From Capsulimonadaceae bacterium (GTDB lineage: Bacteria; Armatimonadota; Armatimonadia; Armatimonadales; Capsulimonadaceae), in assembly GCA_965215505.1 (NCBI GenBank), contig OZ244065.1, positions 3,040,001 to 3,104,000 of the forward strand: DNA of 64,000 bases. The letters run 5' to 3'. Shown here piece by piece: positions 57,946-64,000 of the stretch. The position numbers were made by a program, and so were the translations under genes. The notes beneath the pieces are model-generated. The model had not been told where the DNA came from. It ran no database searches and worked only from the letters and a program-made list of their open reading frames with translations. The first letter of the stretch is position 1, and each line of letters starts with the position of its first letter.

Positions 57946-59062
57946 CGGTGCTGCTCTTTCTGTCGTCGGTGTTGAGGGGCGTCGGGGCACGGGGCTGAAC
58001 CCCCGTGCTTCGGTAAAGCAAATCCCCGCCTTCGCGGGCATCGGGGTTCTCCACATCTTCGCCCGCGCAGGCGGGGGCTTGCAAGGCTAAAGCACGGGGG
58101 TTCAGCCCCGTGGAATCAGAACCCCGTAACGCTGCACTCTCCAGATAGGCGATCAAGGCGTCGGCGTATCCCGTCATGCCCCGGTATCCCAGCATCGAGG
58201 GCGACAGGCTGCGGACGTGGGCCAACAGCCGCCCGGCGTCTTCCGGGTCGGCGGCGATTCCGGAGATCGGCGCGAGATAGGTGTGGACCGTGAACAGGAC
58301 GCCGCCCGCGCGCGGCAAACGGCTGAGGGTCTGCCGCTCCGTCCGCAGGAAGCAGCGGTCGCCCGCATTGTCCGGCGTGACGCCCTCCCGCTCCCGCGCC
58401 CACTCCTGCGCGAGAACGGGGGCGAGGTTCAGCCGCCCCGTCGCCGGGAAGGTCCAGTTCCAGCGCCCGACGGGGCGGCCCGCCTTCAGGCGGCGCAGGA
58501 GCAGGTCGGAGGCTCCCCCCGCCCGCTCTTTGAACCCCGGTACGTGGGCGTGTACCTCTAGGAACGGCTTGCCGATCTTGTCCGCAAGGCACCACCCGGA
58601 CCCGAAGCAGAGCATCCCCGCCGCGCAGACGGCCTCGCCGCCCGCCCCCGCCGCCATCAGGATCAGGTCTTCCTGGAACTGACGCCCGAGCCAGTCAAGC
58701 GGGGACCTGGGAAGAGTGTCCCGGACGCCGGGCCGGAACCGGGTCGTCTCGCCGCGCAAATCGTTTTCCCAGGTCCACCACTCCCCCACCCGCTCCAGGC
58801 GAAAGAACTCGGGCCAGTCCCGCGCGGCCCCGTCAAGCAGCAGTTCCAGAGCCTCCCAGGCCAGGCCCTCGGCGTCAGACGTGTACTGGAAGTAGTAAGC
58901 AGGGTCTGCGGCGAGGATCCCTTCCTTGAGCGCCAACTGTTTCCCGAACCGGTCCGGCTCCACGTCCAGCAGCGGCGCGGTCCAGGCCGAGGCGTCCATG
59001 CGGAGCGCGTGCGCGGCGGGCGGCAGTGGCGGCGAGCAGGGTTCGCAGGGCGGGCGGGGCAT
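57926..59062 (-). CDS. DUF3445 / heme-dependent oxidative N-demethylase-like protein
   Basis: QEDLILM, LCFGSGW..KIGK..VHAHVPG, RWNW, FLRTERQTLSRLP..LFTVHTY. Confidence 0.85.
   Translation of the reverse strand: MPRPPCEPCSPPLPPAAHALRMDASAWTAPLLDVEPDRFGKQLALKEGILAADPAYYFQYTSDAEGLAWEALELLLDGAARDWPEFFRLERVGEWWTWENDLRGETTRFRPGVRDTLPRSPLDWLGRQFQEDLILMAAGAGGEAVCAAGMLCFGSGWCLADKIGKPFLEVHAHVPGFKERAGGASDLLLRRLKAGRPVGRWNWTFPATGRLNLAPVLAQEWAREREGVTPDNAGDRCFLRTERQTLSRLPRAGGVLFTVHTYLAPISGIAADPEDAGRLLAHVRSLSPSMLGYRGMTGYADALIAYLESAALRGSDSTGLNPRALALQAPACAGEDVENPDAREGGDLLYRSTGVQPRAPTPLNTDDRKSSTDDRTDA
57987..58112. repeat. Inverted REP-like doublet (cacggggctgaaccc family)
   Basis: Homologous to 49797-49957. 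Confidence 0.75.
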
Positions 59063-59311
59063 AAGGGGAGTATACCCGCATGTCCCATGTGTAAGGGTAA
59101 AGCCCGCAAGCCCGACGCGCAAAGGCCCGCAAGCCCCCACCCAAACGGCCAGGTCCCCGCCCGCTCCTCACCTGCCTCTTCAGCGGATGCACCCCGCCCT
59201 GCCGCCGGAGTATCATACACCCATCAACACGAAACGCCCCACGCGCCTCTTTTCAGGCGCGCGCCGGGTCTACACACTGGGCCTGCACGGCAGCCAAAGG
59301 AATAAGACACC

Positions 59312-60235
59312 ATGACACAGGAAATGAACACCTCCCCAGCCGCCCCCACGCTGGCGGCATTATCGGCAGGACTCGCGGACGTGGTCGCCCAGGTCGGGCC
59401 ATCCGTCGTCCGCGTGGACGACGGCAGCCGGCTGACGGCCACCGGCATCGTTTGGACCGAGGGCGGCACCATCCTGACCACCTCCCACGGCGTCGAGCGC
59501 GACGACGATCTGGCCGTCGAGACGGCCGACGGGACCCGCCTTGCCGCCACATTGGTCGGGCGCGACCCCGAAACCGACCTCGCCGTCCTGCGCATCTCGG
59601 CGAGCGGGCTTGTCCCCGTCACGCGCGCCGACCCCGAGGCGGTGCGGGTCGGGCAGCTCGTCCTGGCCCTGGGCCGCCCCGGCGAGTCGGGCCTGTCGGC
59701 GACTCTGGGCATCATCAGCGCCCGGCAGGACGCGCAGGACGCGGGCCGGCCCGAGTACGTCCTGCACACCGACGCCACCCTCTACCCCGGCTTCTCCGGC
59801 GGGCCGCTGGTGAATGTCGCGGGCGAGGTGGTCGGCCTGACAAACCTCGGATTCGGGCGCGGCATGGGCTTCGCCCTGGGGCTGCCGATTCTCGCACATG
59901 TGGCCGATGCCCTGCTGGCGGGCGGCGCGGTCAAGCGCGGCTACCTCGGGGTCAGCACCCAGTCGGTCACCCTGCCCCAGAGCCTTCGGACCGCTCTGGG
60001 CGTCTCCGAGGAACATGGCCTGCTGGTCGTGCAGGTGGAGGCCGGGGGACCCGCCGACGCGGCGGGCCTGTCGCTCGGCGACATCCTGCTCGGCCTGGGG
60101 GGGACTGCATTGGACGACGTGGACGACCTGCGCCGATTGCTGCGCGGGATGGCGGCGGGGCAGGCGGCGACCCTGAACATCGCACGCGGCGGCGCGGCAC
60201 ACGCGCTGACGGTGACGCTGGGCGCGCGGGAATAA
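59312..60235 (+). CDS. S1C trypsin-like serine protease with PDZ, no signal peptide
   Basis: TSHGV, DLAVL, PGFSGGPL, RGYLGV PDZ. Confidence 0.9.
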   Translation: MTQEMNTSPAAPTLAALSAGLADVVAQVGPSVVRVDDGSRLTATGIVWTEGGTILTTSHGVERDDDLAVETADGTRLAATLVGRDPETDLAVLRISASGLVPVTRADPEAVRVGQLVLALGRPGESGLSATLGIISARQDAQDAGRPEYVLHTDATLYPGFSGGPLVNVAGEVVGLTNLGFGRGMGFALGLPILAHVADALLAGGAVKRGYLGVSTQSVTLPQSLRTALGVSEEHGLLVVQVEAGGPADAAGLSLGDILLGLGGTALDDVDDLRRLLRGMAAGQAATLNIARGGAAHALTVTLGARE

Positions 60236-60246
60236 AGGAGGCCATT

Positions 60247-60858
60247 ATGCCATTCTCATTGAACGCCCTGGCCGGCATCACGGCCGAGACGAACGGCCTG
60301 ATCGAGACCCTGCGCCGCAGCGTCGTCCTGGTACGCGGGCGGGACGGGCACGGCGCGGGCGTCGTCTGGGAGGGGCGGGGAACCGTCATCACCAACGACC
60401 ACGTCGTCCGGGGCGACCGGGCCATCGTGGAACTGGCGGACGGGCGGCACCTGGAGGCGCGGGTGACGGCGCGTGACCGGGAGAACGACCTGGCCCTGCT
60501 GTCCGTCGCCGCCCGCGACCTACCGCCCGTGCCCGTCGGCGACTCGCGTGCAATGCGCGTCGGCGAGCTGATCGTCGCCGTCGGCCACCCCTGGGGGGTC
60601 CGCGAGACGGCCACCCTGGGGATCGTCAGCGCGGCAGGACCGGGGACGTGGCTGGGCCGGACGGACCGCGACCTGCTGCAAGCCGACGTCCGGCTGGCAC
60701 CGGGCAACTCGGGCGGCCCTCTGGCCGATGCGCGCGGCCGGGTTGTCGGCATCGCCAGCATGGTGATGAGTCCCGGCATCGCCCTGGCCGTCCCTGCCCA
60801 CGTCGTCGAGCGATTCGTCCGGTCGGCCTCGGCGCGCGAGTACCGGCGGGCGGCCTAA
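60247..60858 (+). CDS. Trypsin-like serine protease without PDZ
   Basis: TNDHVV, DLALL, PGNSGGPL; AAGGAGG RBS. Confidence 0.9.
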   Translation: MPFSLNALAGITAETNGLIETLRRSVVLVRGRDGHGAGVVWEGRGTVITNDHVVRGDRAIVELADGRHLEARVTARDRENDLALLSVAARDLPPVPVGDSRAMRVGELIVAVGHPWGVRETATLGIVSAAGPGTWLGRTDRDLLQADVRLAPGNSGGPLADARGRVVGIASMVMSPGIALAVPAHVVERFVRSASAREYRRAA

Positions 60859-60885
60859 GCCGCTGGGGAGAACGAGGCACACGCC

Positions 60886-61527
60886 ATGATCCGGGTCCTG
60901 ATCGTCGCCGCCTACGCCTCGGTCCGGGCGGGGCTGGACAGCCTACTGGCCGGGGAGGAGGGCATTGAGGTCATCGCCGCCGCGTCCGGCAGTGCCGAAG
61001 CGGAGCGCCTGCTGCCTGACGCCCGGCCTGACGTCGTCCTGGCCGACGACCTGCCGGGCGACCGGGCGCGGCTGCTGTCCGTGCTGACGGGCGGGGACGC
61101 CGCCCTGGTCCTTCTGAGCGCAGGGCGGGACGGCCTGGGCGTCTTGGCTTCCGCCCCTCTGTCCGGCTGGGGCTTCCTGCGGCCCGAGGCGGACGGGACG
61201 GAGATCGCCGCCGCCGTCCGGGCGGCGGCGGCGGGGCTGGTCGTCCTGGACCGCAGCCTAGCCCCCGGCCTCACTGCCGGGGCCAGCCCGCCCGCCGGGG
61301 CGGAGGGAGGGCGGGCGATCGCGCCGGGCGACATGCTGACGGCCCGCGAACGCGAGGTGCTTGCCCTGATGGCGCATGGCCTGATGAACAAGCAGATCGC
61401 CGCCCGGCTCGCGATCAGCCCGCACACGGTCAAGTTCCACGTCGCCTCCGTGCTGGCGAAGCTGGGCGCGGCCAGCCGCACCGAGGCGGTCACGCTGGGG
61501 GCGCGGCGGGGAATGGTCAGTCTGTGA
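60886..61527 (+). CDS. NarL/LuxR response regulator with atypical receiver
   Basis: LTAREREVL..NKQIAARLAISPHTVKFHV. Confidence 0.9.
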   Translation: MIRVLIVAAYASVRAGLDSLLAGEEGIEVIAAASGSAEAERLLPDARPDVVLADDLPGDRARLLSVLTGGDAALVLLSAGRDGLGVLASAPLSGWGFLRPEADGTEIAAAVRAAAAGLVVLDRSLAPGLTAGASPPAGAEGGRAIAPGDMLTAREREVLALMAHGLMNKQIAARLAISPHTVKFHVASVLAKLGAASRTEAVTLGARRGMVSL

Positions 61528-61531
61528 AGAC

Positions 61532-61637
61532 GTAGGGGCGCCGCTTGCCGCGCCCTCCCTCCGGCCCGCGCCCTGTCGTGCATCGTGTTCCCTGTCGGCG
61601 GCAAAGAGAAAGAGGGCGCGGCAAGCGGTGCCCCTAC
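61532..61637. repeat. Inverted GTAG REP doublet
   Basis: gtaggggcgccgcttgccgcgccct...agggcgcggcaagcggtgcccctac. Confidence 0.75.
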
Positions 61638-62158
61638 AGCGGCTTGCCGTCCACCGTCGCCTTGAACGAGGAGGCCTGCTCGCGCGTCAGGAGCCACGCG
61701 CCGCCGCGCTTATCCCAGGTGTCCTGGTAGGCACCTTCCAAGACCACGGTGCTGCTGGCCTGCGTCTGCGGGTTGACCATCACGAGCGTGCCGCGGCGGC
61801 GGACCACCACGGCGGCCTCGGCCCCGGCTTTGGCCAGAGTCACCTTCTGGATGGTAGACTTGGTGACGCTCGACTTCACGGCGTGGAACGTCTTCAGGAA
61901 CTCCACACGCTCTTCCTTCAGGTCGTGCGTCTTCCCCACGCTGCTGACACTCGTGAAGTCCGGCGCGTAGTGCGCCAGCGTCCCCTCGATGTCCTTGCGC
62001 GACACCGCCCCATCCCGGTCATTGTAGTCGGCCTGGAGCGCCTTCTGCACCTCGGCGGGCGGGGAGGCGGGCGAGGCGGCGCGCACTCCGGGGGGGAAGG
62101 CACTCGCCGCCGAGGCCGCCGCCAAAGCCGCCAAAATTTGCCACTTCTGCATCATCAT
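61634..62158 (-). CDS. Secreted NTF2-like (DUF4440-like) protein
   Basis: Signal peptide; YAPDFT; YQDTWDKRGGAWLL. Confidence 0.7.
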   Translation of the reverse strand: MMMQKWQILAALAAASAASAFPPGVRAASPASPPAEVQKALQADYNDRDGAVSRKDIEGTLAHYAPDFTSVSSVGKTHDLKEERVEFLKTFHAVKSSVTKSTIQKVTLAKAGAEAAVVVRRRGTLVMVNPQTQASSTVVLEGAYQDTWDKRGGAWLLTREQASSFKATVDGKPL

Positions 62159-62386
62159 CGTACCTTTCTCCCCACACCCAACGCGCATCGCAGGGCAGCA
62201 CACCATTCTTAGGAGGAGCGCGCTTACATCTTGAAATACCCGAAATGGGTATAGTCCTTGTGGGAACCGTTCGCTCACTTCCGGGCACGGCGAACCGAAG
62301 CGGCGTCCGCCGAGAATCCTTTCCACGCCCAGGCCGCCCATTCCTCCTGGAAAAGAAATCAGACAGGAACCCTGACGATAGTACGC

Positions 62387-63448
62387 ATGAGACTCTTCCC
62401 CGTCCTGCTCCTCCTCCTCACCGCCCGCGCCTCATCGGCACAGTCTTACGCTCTTACGGACCTGGGACTGCCGGCCGGATACACCGGCAGCAGCGCGAAG
62501 GCCGTCAATGCCAGAGGCCAGGTGACGGGCGAGATCAGCCACGGAACCGGGTTCAGCCACGCCTTCCTCTACGGCGACGGCCGGATGATGGACCTCGGCA
62601 CACTGCCCGGCTTCAGCGACAGCGTCGGCAACGCGATCAACGACGCCGGGGTGGTCACCGGGGTCGCCACCAAGCCCGACCCGGCGGACCGGTCGGCGCA
62701 CCCCGCCCTGATCGTCCACGCCTTCACGGCCAGGCCGAACGCGGCGGCATTGGGAACACTCCGGGACCTCCGCCCGCAGGGCAGTGCGCTGTATCTGAGC
62801 AGCGGCATCAACGCGGCGGGACAGGTGGTGGGGGCGGTCATCACCCTGCGCGACCAAAGCCGCGCCTTCGTCTCTCGGGATGACCGGGTCGTCCTCCTGG
62901 ACGAGACGGTCGCCGGGTCGGGCTGGACGTTGCAGGAAGCGGACGGCATCAACGACCGGGGGGACATCGTCGGGTCCGGCACCGTGGGCGGCGTCCGGCA
63001 CGCCTTCCTGTACCGGGGCGGGGTGGTGATGGACCTGAACCGCTTCCGGCCGGCGGGGTCGGCCTGGGTGCTGGAAGAGGCGGCGGGGATCAACGACCGG
63101 GGGGACATCGTCTGCATCGGCCGGCGCGGGTCGTCCTCGCACGGCTTCCTGCTGGCCGGCGGCGTCCTGGCCGACCTGGGCGAACTGGCGGGCTACCCCA
63201 ACATCGTCGCCGCCCACCTCAACGACCGGGGGCAGGTGGTCGGGGAGGCCGAGTCGGAATCCGGCACCTCGCAGTGCGCCTTCCTCTACGACGACGGCAG
63301 GCTCCTCGACCTCAACCGGACCCTGCCGGCCTCCCTGCACTGGAGCCTGACGCAGGCCAACGGCATCAACGACAGCGGCGTCATCGTCGGCATGGGCGAA
63401 CACGAGGGCAAGGGCCGCGCGTTCCTGCTGACGCCGAAAGGGAAGTGA
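62387..63448 (+). CDS. Secreted HAF-repeat protein
   Basis: Signal peptide; repeated INDxGxxVG and HAFLY..DLG. Confidence 0.88.
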   Translation: MRLFPVLLLLLTARASSAQSYALTDLGLPAGYTGSSAKAVNARGQVTGEISHGTGFSHAFLYGDGRMMDLGTLPGFSDSVGNAINDAGVVTGVATKPDPADRSAHPALIVHAFTARPNAAALGTLRDLRPQGSALYLSSGINAAGQVVGAVITLRDQSRAFVSRDDRVVLLDETVAGSGWTLQEADGINDRGDIVGSGTVGGVRHAFLYRGGVVMDLNRFRPAGSAWVLEEAAGINDRGDIVCIGRRGSSSHGFLLAGGVLADLGELAGYPNIVAAHLNDRGQVVGEAESESGTSQCAFLYDDGRLLDLNRTLPASLHWSLTQANGINDSGVIVGMGEHEGKGRAFLLTPKGK

Positions 63449-63466
63449 AGGAGAGGGAGAAGAATG

Positions 63467-63617
63467 GACGAGTGATTGAAATCACTCGCTGACACCGGAT
63501 TTGTCCAGGGGACAAGAGAACAAGGCAGTACCGTTCCAGCCTGCCCGTTCTCGTCTTTTCTCCCTCTTCTGTCCCCTGGACAGGTCTTCGCGCAGCGAGT
63601 GAATTCATTCACTCGTC
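63467..63617 (+). mobile_element. ~150-bp element, copy 5
   Basis: Same nested hairpins; compensatory base pair in the right terminal stem. Confidence 0.8.
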
Positions 63618-63700
63618 CTTTCTGGTCCCGCTCCGCTTCCCCCCTCCTCCCCATCCTGTTCCCTTGACAGCCGCCCGCCTGTCTGTTACACTGTACGAAC

Positions 63701-64000
63701 ATGAACAGATCCCCGACACACATCCCGGCGACGGACAGCCCGACGCCAACGCCGAACAAGCCCGCCTCCGGGTGGCGGCGTGCCCGGCTCCTCCTGCCAG
63801 CCCTCCTGTGCCTGTCGGGGGCCTGCGCGCCCGCCAGTCAAACGCCGAAGACGTGGCGGGCCGTGGCGCAGCTCATGGTCCTTTCGCCCCCTCCTCCGAT
63901 TCCCGGCGACCCGCTCGGAGTCACCCCATCCGGGGCGGACGACTCGATGGCAAGCCAGATCACCCTGCTCCAGAACCGCGAGATGGCGCAGCGGACGGCG
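63701..64000 (+). CDS. Partial membrane/lipoprotein with Wzz-like N-terminal motif
   Basis: TTGACA-N17-TACACT promoter; LLCLSGAC, WRAVAQLMV, QITLLQNREMAQR; runs off the window. Confidence 0.5.
   Translation, partial: MNRSPTHIPATDSPTPTPNKPASGWRRARLLLPALLCLSGACAPASQTPKTWRAVAQLMVLSPPPPIPGDPLGVTPSGADDSMASQITLLQNREMAQRTA

Overview
GC-rich bacterial chromosomal window. The VPEA-type PEP-CTERM protein, four prepilin/H-X9-DG (DUF1559) genes and a fused binding-protein/permease ABC gene suggest Armatimonadota or a similar lineage (inference). Housekeeping genes include mutY, tyrS, rpsF-ssb, sthA, ptrB, a TrmH methylase and tRNA-Arg(CCG). It also holds pstSCAB with divergent DUF47-pit, two chemosensory clusters, an ECF sigma/anti-sigma pair, an RpoD-like paralog, toxin-antitoxin modules (two toxins broken) and several dispersed palindromic repeat families. 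Strongest novelty candidates: (1) a putative Pho regulon marked by 11-bp-periodic TTAAG boxes linking pstS to pilin-like H-X9-DG genes, which sit with a secreted phosphoesterase and a secreted OB-fold protein; (2) an unannotated ~74-nt sRNA at 37250-37323 (-) with the same promoter geometry as pstS; (3) a five-copy ~150-bp nested-hairpin element whose ends carry short tandem arrays; (4) accessory gene blocks bounded by duplicated gene 3' ends or terminators. All calls come from reading the sequence; no searches were run.
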